From NCBI GenBank assembly GCA_964016885.1, contig OZ024741.1:304482001-304546000 (forward strand): a stretch of 64,000 bases of DNA, given 5' to 3'. Numbering within the stretch: position 1 is the stretch's first letter; each line of letters begins with the position of its first letter. Position numbers and translations under genes: made by a program. This document shows, piece by piece, positions 12,301 to 27,100 of the stretch. The stretch is from Eledone cirrhosa (lineage: Eukaryota). Under the pieces are notes generated by a model. That model searched no databases, was not told the DNA's origin, and was given only the letters and a program-made list of their open reading frames with translations.

Positions 12301-15300
12301 TCCAATAGAAGACCAATATAATAGGGTCCATCACCACAGTTTACAGAAGGGTTACTATGTTCAGCTGATGTCCATTCTGAACATTTCCTCATTGAAGTTG
12401 GTATGTAAGAAGTCTGTTTCTTATCAGACAACTTAGTGTGGAGTTTCATTAGTAACGATATAAGACTCTCTTTGACAACCACTCGTCTGCATGCCTCAGC
12501 CTTCTCTTCTGCTCCATCCTTAGAATCACATTTATACAGCATCTGACCTCTGGCTTCCTCTTCCTCATAAGAGTTTGAACAGTTTGGATTAGTGGCAGTG
12601 AATAATTTTGGGGTAGCACCAAAGTCTTTAGAAAATATATTTGCTATAGATTGAAATGGAGAGAAACCAGAAATATAACTACATATTACACAGCTTTCAA
12701 TAGAGGTGATTATCATAGATAAAAATAGTCCTTGGGAGTTGAATCATGAAATAAAGCAAGTTAATTTATAGGATTTTTAAATAATTTGATATAAGTTAAG
12801 GGAGACATGATGGCACATGATTTTGAACCCCAAAGATATAATATATATGCATTATTTATAAGAAAACTTATCACAACACATGTGTACTCTCAGGTCTTGA
12901 ATAATCCCCACCCCCCGCTCTTATTCCATCCTCCCCTACTTATTAAATTTGCAAATCTATCTCCAGCAAAATTTTATTTTAAGTGCTAGCAATTAATTTA
13001 CTTTAGACAATAAAAAACATTATACACAACAAAAAAATGAACATTACAAGAAATCTCATACATTATAAAATAAATAAGATGGGTTAGAGTTTCAAAATGT
13101 AAATTAATTCTAGTTTAAAAAAAAAGAAAAATTAACAGACAACCTAGAAATATTATTGATTTTTGAACCCACCCCCACCCCCACTTATTTGGGACCCGAG
13201 AGTAGCTAAACACTATCTTCACCAGGCTTGATGTAACACTTCATAGTCAAAGTTAGAATATTTGTAAAATGATTTGACTTACAAACAGAAGACATAGGAG
13301 AATGCTCCTTTTTGTCAGAATTTGATGTGTCACAGATGAGAATTTCTTGAATCCTGTGAGAAGCATTTGTCTGAAGACAATCACTGGGGAACCAACTTTC
13401 ATAATCACCATCTTTGACTTGTTTTTTACAACGATATTCCTACAAAATGGATTTAAAAATCAATCACAAACATCGCTATTTTTTGTTTAATATTTGTTTC
13501 TCTACAATAATAGATATAGAGTGATAATCCCAAAAATAAAATACCAGGACAAACCTGAAGTTCAGTAGTAGGAAATCTGGTGCCCAGTTCCAAAAGGAAG
13601 ACACAAAAGTATAGAATCGTCTCTGAAATATTGGTTTCCTTCAGAGCCTGCAAATAAAGCCAGTAAAAGACACATGTTTGATGAGTTTTTAAATCAAAAC
13701 AGTGAGTACACGCACCCACACACACACACAGAGTTACATAGTTGTTGTTGGACCTCCATTGCTTCTAACAACGATTGCTCTATCTGAATCATCATCATCA
13801 TCATTGTTTTTATATCCGTTTTTCCACGATTGCACAGGTTGGATGGGTCCTTTTCAGCACAACATCTCTCCTCTCATCGTGTTCTTTCGTCATCTCGACT
13901 GCTCGGGTCTTGGTCTACCTCTACTGCAGCTTCCTTTCACTGGCATTTCCTAGCACTTTTTCACCCAACGGAAATGCCAACTCATGAAATTAACATATAA
14001 GTGATTGAGCTTTCTGCAGACAACTGCAACATTAACATAGTTCTCAGGGAAATTCAGTGATACAATTTGTAACAAAGCAGTTCCTTGAATTACAGGTGCA
14101 GCTCATTTTTACCAGCTAAGAGAACTGGAGCAAAATGTGTTGTATCCTTGAGCAAGATGCTCAAGGACACAACACACCACTCGGACCAGGAATCAAACTC
14201 ACCACCTTACAATCATGAGCTGAACACCCTAACCACTAAGCCATGAGTCTTCACAACTACAAAATGTATCAATAACATAATAAAAAGCTGCAGTACAGGG
14301 AATTTCTACTTAGGATGGGAAATATGTTGTCAAAAGTTCCATCGAGCTACATATTTAATAAATTTTGGAGGGATGTAATTATCATTGATACTAAAAGTAA
14401 ACAGAGTTTAACAATTGAAATCAAATGGATTGCAGAGAACTCTCAACTTTGGCTTAACTTGAGACAATCTCTCTAGTGGTAATGCTACAATAAAATCCAC
14501 CCAGTACACCCTGTAAATTGTTGGTGTTGGTACCACAATAAAATGCCCCTAATCCACTCTGTAAAGTGGTAGAGTTGGTATTACGAAAATCAAACTCATG
14601 CTAGTATCACAATAAAATACACCCAGCATGCTCTCTGAGGTGATCGATGTTAAGAGATATATGAAAGGATGAATGACAAAATTGACCTCAGCAGGATTTG
14701 AACTCAGGGTGCAGAAAGCCAGAATGAATACTGCAAAGAATTCTATCCAGCATTGTAATGACTCAATGTGCAGATCTAAGCCAGTCTAAATCATGATATA
14801 TCTGGCCAACTGAGTCTATGAATTACTTTCAAATTTCTCTGTGTTCTTACACAATAAAAAAGTATTATAGAGTAGAGGGTTTTTTTTCCATGTATAAAGA
14901 ATGGTTTCTGATTTAGGTCGAAGGCCAACAATTTGAGGGAAGGAGAAAGTTGAATAGATTGGCCCCAGTACATTACTGTTGCTTTATTTTGTCAACCTTG
15001 TAAGGATGAAAGGCAAAGCTAACCTCAAAGGGATTTGAAGTCATAATGTGAAGGGCCGTAACTATGCTGCAAAGCATGTTGTCCAACATACTACCGATAC
15101 TGCCAATCAACCGCTCTCCATGTATAAAGAATAAAAAGAATTTTCGCAAAATTTCTTCATTTCGCAAAACCCACTTTGTAAAACACTGCAGCAGACTACA
15201 CTACAAATCTTGAAAAGGAATGGCCTTAAGCCAAGTAAAAAGATATTGATTTTTTATATAGGCACAATATTTCAGATTCATGGGTGGTACAGTTAATTTT

Positions 15301-18300
15301 ATGTAATGTTTATACATATCACAAAGTTAATAGTAATGGAAAGAAAGTAGATATAGTTCAAAATAAAAATGAGACTACCAACTTAGTTTACTAAGTATTT
15401 ATATCTTCTCTACAGTGATTAACCATGTTATAACAACAGGAGGAAGCAGAATAAAGTGACTAATAATATTTCATTCACCTTGTACAAAACAGAGAAGATG
15501 AAACCATGTAATGTTTTGCAATGTAGCATTTTCCTGAGACCATCATAAGCTGACAAGATCTTACCAGGGACTTTTATGGGAGGCCATGGGGGACTTTTAC
15601 CCCTATATTTCCCAGTTTGCTTCAAACTGAAAAGAAAAAAGAAAAAAAAATCATGTGCAGTGAAAAAAAACAAATTCAACCTAACTATCTTTCTCATCAT
15701 CACCATCATTCAACATCTGCTTCCCCTGCTAGCAAGAGTTGGACTGGTCATCAACAGACCAAGTAGGTTCTCAAAGCAGAGGTACTGACTCCATGGTGAG
15801 CCAGAAGCTTGCATTTCGATTACATTCCTGTAGTTTACCTAGTGCTCAGATGGGCCAGTAGCCCAGAACTCACTCACATACAATCCTACACACTACCGAG
15901 TGCATTAAGTTTTCAACCTAATGATTGTGAGTCCAACACACTAACTGCTATGTCTGTCTCCCGCCTGCGAGGTGATAGTGGCACAGCCATGATAAAACAC
16001 ACATGCAAAATGTGAAATGGTTGGCATTAGGAAGGACATCCAGCCATAAAAACCATGCCAAAATGGAACATATGTGCAAGACACTTATCTGACATGTCTA
16101 GCCTCAGAACATGACAACCTGTCTAATACAAGAAAGCAAAGAAAATAGATGTAAAACAGTGATGATGATGATAAAGTTCTCCTCTTACTGAGGTAGCTGT
16201 GACATGATCACAGGTTAAAACATGCACAGTAAGATTTATATATGTTGATAATACATATTGCATATTGCATATGCTGCCATACACTTCCTTGTCCAACCTA
16301 TGCCACCATGGAAAATCAGATATGATGATGATGATATATACATATATAATGTATCTATACATCATACACACACAAACATACATACATACACATATCATCA
16401 TCATTTTTACATCCACCTTTTCATACTGGCTTGGTTTGGACAAGATGTTTGGAGACAATGTTTTATGGTTAGATGCCCTTCCTAACTCTAACCCTTTTAA
16501 TCACCCCATGACACAGAAATATGGTGTACCTATTCTAAAAACCTGGATTCACATAGCAAATGTACATGAAAATACATAGAAGTGTGACAGCTGATCATAA
16601 TTAGAGAATAGAGTAGTTAAAATAAAATGCACAGTGCAACTTAAAACATGATACCATTCTTCCTTAAGATCCATACAAATTCTCTGAAAGAATATAATAA
16701 AGTTTACTTACTAGGCATGGTATCTGTCCATGGCAGACTGAATATCCCTTTTATAGACAGCTCGAGTTGACACTTGGATAGGATCAAATTCTTGATCCCA
16801 GAGAAAACCTACAAGTAAATAAACATCATTATGATTTACGATCTGAGTTCAAATCCCGCCGAGGTTGACTTTGCCTTTCATCCTTACGCGGTCGATAAAA
16901 TAAAGTACCAGTAATGCACTGGGTAATTGCTGGCCTTGTGCCTAAAGTTGAAACAATTATGATTTTATAACACATCACAGAGAAGTAAGGATGTTCGACT
17001 TACGATCATAATGTCATGGGCTCAATTCATGGGTTGGGTTGTGTTCTTGAACAAAACACTTCATTTCATGTTGCCTCAGTATACTCAGCTGAAAATGAGT
17101 ACCAGCAATAGCTGTGGGGAGTTTAACCCTGCGGTGGACTGGCGTCCTGTCCAGTGGGGAGTCTTGTTCTCTCAGTCGCTTCATGCCACGAAACCGGGAT
17201 AAGTACCGGCCTGTCGAGCCTCCTGGCTTGAGACAGATTTTAGACTAGACTCTTCTATGTTTGCATGGGCCAGACAGATCCTCTCTCACACAGCATCATG
17301 TCACTTGTGTTTCTTTTGTCATTTCCTTTGTGAGGTCAGCTTTCACCAACTCAGATTATTTCTTCAGTGCTCTTGTTCAGTCACACTATTGTTACATATC
17401 TAACAGAGCATGCTAGCTTATTTTCAGCCTTCATACATCCTTTATATTTAATGCCCATGTCTTGCTACTATGCAACATTGCAAATCATAGACAAAAATAC
17501 AACTTACCATTCACTCAGAGAATCCTCTTTTTGCAAGCAAAGATAATAGCTTCCTGAATATTTTTCAACCGTTGTTATTCTAGCTACTATGCTTTCAGAG
17601 TGCTTTCGTCCCGTACAAATCAGGCCACCTCTGTAACAGAAGCTATCAACTATTTCTATGGAAATTTTGGAAATATTTTTTTGTTTTACGCTCTGACTAC
17701 TGATTACCTCCGAGTATCTGCCACATACAAAGCTTACATACTTTGTTAATGTGATTCTGACCCCACTATACCTCTTGTGTACCCATTATTTCCACCGAGT
17801 AGACCATATGGAATTCCTACCTACTCTTTTTCTGCATATTGAGCACAGCTATTTCCCTATAAGCTCTTTTCTTTCTTGTTTACTAAAACATTAATCTTTG
17901 CTAAGTTTATCATTTGATTCTAGATTTTGTTAACAAGTCTGGAATTTCTTCTCTAGATCTACAGGTTCCACTATTAGAACTAGGTCATCAACATGGAGGA
18001 GTTCCCATGGACAGTGAGTCTTAAACTTTTTCATAATGGCCAGGAAGATTAATAAACAAGGAGCTAAAAACCAAGCCATGATGAATAACTACACACTGAA
18101 ATTTTGCCTTCAACCCACTAATTGACATTTTGCAATCATTCTTCTTAGGCAGCGAATTTCCAGAGTCATTAGAACATCAGCTACAATGCTTTGTAGTATT
18201 TGTTCAGGCTCTCTGCCTTCTCTGAGTTCACTCCCCACAGAGGTCAATTTTGCCTTTCATCCTTTCGAGGTTGATAAAAAAAGTACCAGTTCAGGATTGG

Positions 18301-21300
18301 GGTTGATATTCCTCTCTCTCTGGAAAAAATTGGCTGTGTGTTCAGACCTGGAAAAGCCCTACAACTCCACTAGGAGTTACAGCTTCATGCATACGTACAT
18401 ACAATTATTCTTCTATAAAAAGTGAAATTTTCACAAACAAACTAACAAAAATATCCAGCTTACCTTTTGGCATATATGTTCCTTGCTGCAAGCCACCTCC
18501 TGATTCTAGAACTGGTGCCTTGTAATCCGCCACCTATAGTGGAACATAGAAGACAGTATTAGAACTAGAAAGATCATGTATGTATGGACCAGTAAGTCCT
18601 GGTTGAGTCGTATGAGTGCTGTCGTGACTTATGGTGGGTCATTTTAAACCTGGTGGAGACCATGCTCTCTTCAGGTTTGAACACAGCTGATTTCTTCCAG
18701 GAAAGAAGAGAGAGTGATAGAGAGGGAATGTGAAAGAGATAAAGAAGAAGAATTGATTAGCCTGGTACTATTTTTAGATACTTCGAAAGAAAGAAGGGCA
18801 AAGTTGACCTCAGCAGGATTTGAGATCAGAGAGTGCAGAGAGCCAAAACAAATACCACAAAGCAGTCTATCCGACATTGTAAGGACTGTAATGAATTAAT
18901 GAGCTTGCTAGAGCAAATCTTAGCAAATGATGACATAATTGGATGTATGATTGTGTGAGAGAGAAAGAGAGATGGAGAGGTACAACTGTAACTTACTACT
19001 TTCAAAGTAGACTCAAAATAATATTTCTCATGGATAGCCAGACCAGACTTCTCCGGCATTGAATCCATTAACTGGCTGTGTGTGCGGTCGTTGACACAAA
19101 GCAATGCCACCATCTCAACACGGACTAACTCTTTCTCACTGATACCTTAAGGAAAAAAAAACAGAGATAAATTAAGTGTTAGTCAAAATAATCAATACAG
19201 GGAGGGTGGAAAGAAACTCCCTATTGAAAATTACTTATAACTTTTGGCCTACTGTGACCATGGGACAACATCAATGACCTCATATTTATGCAAGATGGGC
19301 TCCTCCTAATTTTGCACAAACTGCCATGAGTGGTATGATGTCATCAATGTCCACATGAATGGCCAGCAAGAAGCTCTGACTTAACGCTGTGCGATTTTTT
19401 CCTGTGGTGGTGGGTAAATGAAGTTCATAGCTCAAAATCAAAAACTCTGACTCAATTAGAGGAACACATTCATCATGTACTGAACAACATACTGTCTGAG
19501 TTCCTGCTGAAGTCAGTCAAGGATATATCCAGACAATTACAAAGACCTGTGGACAACACTAGTGCCTATGTAAAATTAGGACACTGTACTGTACTTTTAC
19601 TGTTATACTGTCCAAAATAAAACATGTTTCATGAAAATTGACCAATAATTAATAACTTATATTGTTATGTCTGTCTGTACGTGTATGTGTGTATATATAT
19701 ATATTCATAGAAAATATAGTATGCTCAGAAACAGAAAAATAACTAAATAGTCAATTGCTGTAAATAGATATGATATATGAGATTCAATTCCTTATAGCTG
19801 CCACTGGCAACTTGTTTCCAGCTATAAGGTGCTTTTACCTGATTTTCTTAGCTGTTTGTAGCAACTGACTATATTTGCAGTTATTTTTCAGTGTCCGACC
19901 ATACATTTTCTATGAATTTCCTAATCAAAAGTTTGAACTTTGCATACAATATATACATATATCAAATCATGTTTGTTTTCCCAGCATGTACTGGGTGTAT
20001 TTATCATGTAGATCACCAACACTAGGAAGACTGTTGTGTTTTTAACACAAATGAAAGGGCCTCCCAGCCCTTCGTTTCGCTTGGTTTCAGTACAAGACTG
20101 CCCTTCCAATTGCAAACCACCTTACAGGGTGTACAGGGTGCATTTTGTGGCACCAGCACTAGAGAGATTGTTGGTTATTGTACCAACTGAAAAGGAAGGG
20201 AGAGAGACCATTTTAAAGTAAGTTTTGTATTGATATCATTGAATTAATTATTCTTATAGTATATATGTAAATGGAAATACTAATGAAAACTGCAGCCGGT
20301 TATGTTTACTTGTTTATGGAAACAAAGAATTTAGTATTTGCAATTTATATAACTGGTTTAGAATGGGTACACCACATCCTTGCATTTCATAAGAGGCGAC
20401 TAAAAGAGGTGGTGTCAAGAAGGGCATCCAGCTGTAAAACCATGCTTCAAAACGTCCAATGCAACCCATGCCAGCATGGAAAAGTCAATCATCATCAACT
20501 TCGTTTAACGTCCATCTTTCCACGCTAGCATGGGTTAGACGGGAGTTGTCCCAATTGAGGCAAGGTTGGTCAGGTGACCGTGTCTTGCTCATATAGGACT
20601 ATCTGGCAGGTTTTCTACGGCTGGATGCCCTTCCTATCACCAACCACATTTACAGTGTGGAACTGGGAACTTTTTACCGTGTTACCTACACGACCACATT
20701 ACAGCATGGACTGTGTCTTTTGGTCGTGACACCTACACAATCTCGATCTCATTATCTCATTTATTTGCACTGGATGTTGTGGTACCAACTTTACAGAGAG
20801 AGGGTGGTGTTGGTGGGAGTGGGAGGATAGGGTAGGGGTAGTGGATTGGGGTGTATATTTGGTTAAGAGGTGCCTACTGATTGTAGGTTTCGCTTTGTAG
20901 ATAGGCAAGGTAGGTCTTCTGTATTACTGCGTAGCGCCAAAGATCTCGGTCCAGTGACATTGTGTTAAAGAGGTGCAAGTTTAAGTTAAGAGAATTGGGA
21001 ATAGGTGGTAGTAGCATCTGTTCACTAGAGAGGTTACTAGGTACTCAATATGTACCTGGTCATTCCAGGGAGGATAAAAGAGAGCTCTCATTAAATTTAC
21101 TTTTAGTATTGTAGTGAATATACTGGTGGAGAGATCTTTTGTATCATAACATGTCACCAGTTAAAGAGCCTCAGGGGAAGTTTGGAACTTTGAAAATTAA
21201 GCTCAGTTAAATTGCAAAGAAGGTTTTAGTTATCTTGATCCATGTTTATCAAATGTACTTATTGAGAAACCAAAATATGTTCCATTTTTATATTCAAACA

Positions 21301-24114
21301 ATTATGACTAGGACAACACCAGAATACAAACATGTAAGTTTGCACACTAGTACAACCTTTATCGTCATGATTTTTATGTCAACTTTTCCATGCGGGCATG
21401 GGTTAGACAGGATATTTTGAGGCAATGTTTTACAGCTGGATGCTCTTCCTAACACCAACCCTTTTAGTTACTTGTTACAACATGCAGGGACAAAAAACAA
21501 AACTTCAGTTTAAATAAATGGTGAGTATGAGTGAATAAAGTGTAATACTTACCCAGATAAGTACGCACAGACTGTAACATAGCTAGGAAAGATAGAGCAC
21601 TCTCCACTAGTGTCAACTCTTGTTCAGATTCCAATGCATAACCAATTTTGATTGGCTCAGGGGATAACAAGAGCCAGTTTGTAAGATGAAAACTGGAAAT
21701 AAACAATAAAAATGAAATCAATGTTATCATCATCATCATTTAACACTTGTTTCCTCTACTAGCAAAGGTTAGATGGGTTGTCACAGGTCATGTTGGTATT
21801 TCATGGGCTGGGATCCATGTCGCTGATATATGTTTCCACTCTACAGTGATAAACACCATACAACCATAAATAATCAAAAATAGTCATAACTTTGTCTTTT
21901 CTATATATCTAAAATTTTAAAGAGTTTGTTTTTTTTTCTTTAAATAAATAGAATGACCAGAAAGTTCATTCATCCACAACTAATGAATCATCAGATTCTG
22001 AAAAAATTATTTAACCCTTTATTACCAATTTGTAATAGAATACACAGCCTATGTGTTTCAATTAATTTTTAAAATAATAAAAAATTAGGAAGAATTTTAT
22101 AGAATAAGTAAGTTTTTCATGAGTAAGCTGATATTTCAAACATTACTTAATAAAAATTCTAAAAAAGTCTAAAGTCCGTCTCAAGCTAGGAGGCTCATCA
22201 GGCTGGTGCTTAACCCGATTTTGTGACATGAAGCGACTGAGAGTACAAGCCTCACTCCTGGGCAGGATGACAGTCCATCGCAGGGTTAAAGCCCAGCTAT
22301 TGCTGGTACTCATTTTCAGCTGAGTACACTGGAGCAACATGAAATGAAGTGTTTTCCTCAAGAACACAACCCAGGAATCAAACCCACAACATTATGATTG
22401 TAACACCCTTAGCACTAGGCCATGCACCTCCAGACAAATAAAAATTGCTAAAATAAAATTAGGATGAATGGTTTTAAGATAAACATTTTAAAATGAGAAA
22501 TTTTGTATCATAAATCCAGAGATTTCAGGTGGTTTGGTATCAAAAAGGTTAAGCCCCATTTTCCGATGCTACCATTCATGAGACAGGACTTTCAAAATTC
22601 AATATTTGCATATTGAATAATGTTAAACTATAATTTTATGGAGGCGCACCCACCCATTTTATCCCAAACCAATCAACTGTGAAGTAGGGATGAAACCTAT
22701 TGTCAGTTAGAGAAACTCAAGAAGTCAGAGTTAAATAGGCATCATTTTGAAGGAAGAGTATAGTCAATTAAATCAACCCCAGTTTTTAACTGGTACTTTT
22801 TTTATCAACCTTCAAAATATGAGAGATAAAGTTGGTCAGTCAGCCCTCACATGACAGAATGTCTGAAATAGCCAAACTAACTTTGTAGAAGAAATTTTTA
22901 AAAATAGATAAATAAATAACAGTAAAGCCATTATTTACTGTTTTATAGTATCAAATACGTTGTAAAGATATTGGATTCCAGCTGATCTTGTTGGTTTCAG
23001 GTTCTCTTGATGAAGCCTACAGTGGTTTCCTATTGCCTAGCTAGCCTATAGTGATTCCCTATTGCCTAACTAGCCTCTAGTGATTCCCTATTGCCTAGCT
23101 AGCCTCTAGTGATTCCCTATTGCCTAGCTAGCTTATAGTGATTCCCTATTGCCTAGCTAGCCTATAGTGATTCCCTATTGCCTAGCTAGCCTATAGTGAT
23201 TCCCTATTGCCTAGCTAGCCTATAGTGATTCCCTATTGCCTAGCTAGCCTATAGTGATTCCCTATTGCCTAGCTAGCCTATAGTGATTCCCTGTTGCCTA
23301 GTCCACAAAAGAATTTGAACTGAACACTGCAAAATAATTAATCTTTGTGTTACCGTATTTCTGATGAAAGACACTGTCTAGATTTCCCACCAAAAAATAG
23401 GAAATTAATTTAAGAATTTGGAGCGATTTTGTAATACATCTATCTTTCTCATTGTGAAACTGGTATTTGGAGCATAATTTAATAAAGGCTTTTATATAAA
23501 ATGATGGAAGGTGTTTAGATAAATATAAATACTTTAAAAATAAACAGCTACTAGAGAACAGACCCAATGCCAGGCTTTGGTGCTTGGGAGGTAATTCAGA
23601 ACATTTTGAGTATGTACTATTTCACACGGAATGTAAATCAGGATATTTTTTATGAACTATTTTCTATAATGAGGATGCACCATTGAAAAGTAAGTGCGGT
23701 AGTGTCATCCAGTGACTCCATCTTTGGCAGCGAGCCCAATAGAGAGGTTGTCCTCAATAAAACCTCGAGAATCCTCTCTACTCATAATCATTTCCATTCA
23801 TTCATCATACCTTCTCTGGTCAGATACACAACAAAATGGTTAACACAGCCTATCCACAATTAAACCTGAATAAATGAATTTAATGTGGTAAAAATATTAA
23901 CTGCATCAAAACAACAATTTGAAAAGATAACATAACTGACTTACCTCTCAATAACAGATTTCACAAACTCATTAGGTGGTAGATGGGCTGCACATACCTA
24001 AAGTGATATAAAGTGATTTGACAATTACTAGAACAAATTTTTTTACATTAGTATTTTATGTTAGCACGAGTTGGTTTGATTTTGAAAAGTTAAAAAATAT
24101 ATATATACTTTCAG

Positions 24115-24151
<37 letters not shown>

Positions 24152-27100
24152 GTAAAAACATGGATGCCATTTTAACAATTCAAACCCTGAAGCAGATGTT
24201 CAGCTGCTTATTAGTTATACAGTTATAAAGTTCAGCTAACTATTAGCCTAGCAAGGCAAATAGATTTTTTTTTTAAATTAACCCTTTTGTTATCATATTT
24301 CTAACTAAAGACAGTACCTATGATTTTCAAATAATTTTGGAAATAATCATTATTAAGCTGGCGTTTGCAGCATAATTTAACAAAGGCTTTTATATAAAAC
24401 TATGATGGAAGGTTTTAGATAAACATAAAATCTTTAAAATAAAAAATTTTGTATCATTTAACCAGGAGCAGCTTCAGGCAGTTTGGTATGAAAAGATTTA
24501 AACACATTTTAATTATACAGTTCTCTAGTTGTTCACATCATTATTTACAACTCAAATGATTTATGGTTCTTTATCATTCCTCTTACCATATTGCAGTTTT
24601 GGTGGTCTTGTTCATGCCAGTCACCAAACTGGTACTTTCTCAAACTTGCGAAGACTAGGCTTCTTTAGAGGCGGCCTTTACTCGCTTCATCATATCTACA
24701 TCACTGAGTTGTGAGTTTTCTTGGGAGCTACAGATACCAGTTTATGGCTGTTGGCTGGGGTTGCTTATTCATCCGGCAGATGCCTGCTTATATCGCAGCT
24801 AACCATCATATCTGGTGGCTGTATCACTATACACCATCTGCAACCTGTTCTCTAGCAGAACAGCTCTGCAAAGACCAGCTCCTCTAAAGGGTTTCTGGAG
24901 TAACGTTACTCAATAGAGTGTGTAGCTGGTCTGGCATGGGGATCCAGCCAGATCAGTTAGAGATGGTTGCTTCTGACAGGACCGCTGGAAGGAGAGTTTG
25001 AGAACTCTGCCCACACAACCCTCTAGGAATAAGTGGGTAAAGAATAATTTGTTTATAGTTGAGTGAACTATCCTAGATGGTTGAATACTACAGCCAGAAA
25101 TACAATGTAATGCCAGAGATAGGAAAAGAAATATTAACTCATCATCTTGAAGCCCATTATTGTCGATAAAATAAAGTACCAGTAATGCACTGGGTAATTG
25201 CTGGTCTTGTGCCTAAAGTAGAAACAATTATTATATTACTGATTTTCAAAATAATTTTGAAAATAATTGAGAATTTGGAAGGATTTAGTAATATAATTAA
25301 CTTTCTCATTATTAAGCTGATTTTTGGAGCATAATTTAAGGTTTCTACATAAAATCATTATGTAAGTGTTTTTAGATAAATATGAACACTTTTAAAATAA
25401 ACAGCTTTTTATCACAGAACAGCAGCAGTTTCAGCCAGTTTGATATTAAATGGGTTAAGTCACATACATATATACAGGCATATGCAGGGAAAACTTGTAA
25501 AATTAAAGATTTCTTGCTGAAATAATAGTACAACACAATACTTATGATTAATGTGATATCAACACTTACTTGCATGAGGTAAAGATCAGCATCTAACATA
25601 GAATAGCAGAAATGGCATTGAACATATGTCATTGCCTGTCCTTTGATCTGTAGGCCATTTCTTAGCCACAAATTAGCATTGATCTCAGCAATTCCGGCCT
25701 GGAAATGAAAACAAAAGTTTTACACAAAACTGTACACAACCACTATTGCCATCATCATCACTGTTTACTGTCTTATTTCCTATTATGCGTGGGTTAGACG
25801 AGTTGTCACAGTCTGAGGATAGACCAGTCAGGAGACCATGTCTTGCTCATACATTTCACTTATCATCATCCTTTGCATAGAAGAAACTTTATACTCTATT
25901 ATTGACACATGGAAGAGATTAAAGATAAAATTATATTTTAATAATTTATTTCTAGGATATAATTACATAAATGTTCGGCATGATGATAATTAGCCCATAT
26001 CAGCATAAAAAAAAAAAATCAAATAGCTAATAGTGTGATGAAAGCAATAGTCTACATCACAGGTTCTCAACCCATTTAGGCCAAACGCCCCCTTTTGTCC
26101 CTCGAAATCACGAAACGCCCCCCCCCCCCCCCCTATTTTTCAATATACTACTGATTTTTATATCAGTAGATTACTAAAAAATTGATTAACAATATTCCAA
26201 AGATGTGTGTATTATCTGATTATGTGTTGTATGTGGTCCTAGATGTGTGTGCTACTCGCTTGTTTTTTCTTTTCTTTTTTTTTTTATTTGTAATATTATT
26301 TATACAATAGGGAATAAAATAGATCTACATAGTGTTAACTCGTTACGGTTGAGTCAATAATTTCAGACATGAAATACATTGTTATCGGTGAAGGAAAAAT
26401 AAGATTCTAACTGGCTGCTCTCGTCCTTGACCCAGTTGACTGTGGGTTTTTCCATTTTTAGGATCTCAATTACCGGTTAACGTCTCAATTACCGGACATG
26501 CCTGCACACCTGCTCACAGCTGCGGTCAGACTATAGTTATGCTGTCTGCAAGCTCATTCAAATGCTTTCACACTGGCTGTCTCAAAGTGTATATGCCCCC
26601 CGTTGAGAACCTTTGGTCTACATGATGAATATGATATGAAAAACATGGTTAAGCAACATTTAAAAAAATTTATTTACTCTTAACGCCCTGTATTGATTTA
26701 GCAGAAATATCTAAAAGGAGACTTGTTAAGTCAAATGTTTATAGTACGTTTACTAGTGGACAGATTTCTCTGAAAATTTGCAGTATTACCTCTTAACAAC
26801 CTGCAATGATTTAGCAAAAAATATCTAAAAAAATTTAATTCAAATGTTTATAGTATCTTTACTGATAGACAGATCATAGTGAAAATTTGAAGTATTAGTG
26901 AAAAGACTAACTATTAATGTGACACTGGACATTAAGAGTTAAACTGACATTATTCATACCTGAATGCGCAATGGAAACATCAGTAGATTCTTAAGCTTAC
27001 AAGAAGAAGGTAACATCTTTCTGACAGTTACATCTTGATGTTGGACAGCATAAGCAAGGAACACAGCAAGATAGCGATGAAGAGGCAGGTGGAAAGCCAG

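Noticed and set aside
23014-23301. CRISPR-like array (29-bp repeats)
   Set aside because: Units are contiguous with no unique spacers, there are no cas genes, and the context is a eukaryotic intron.
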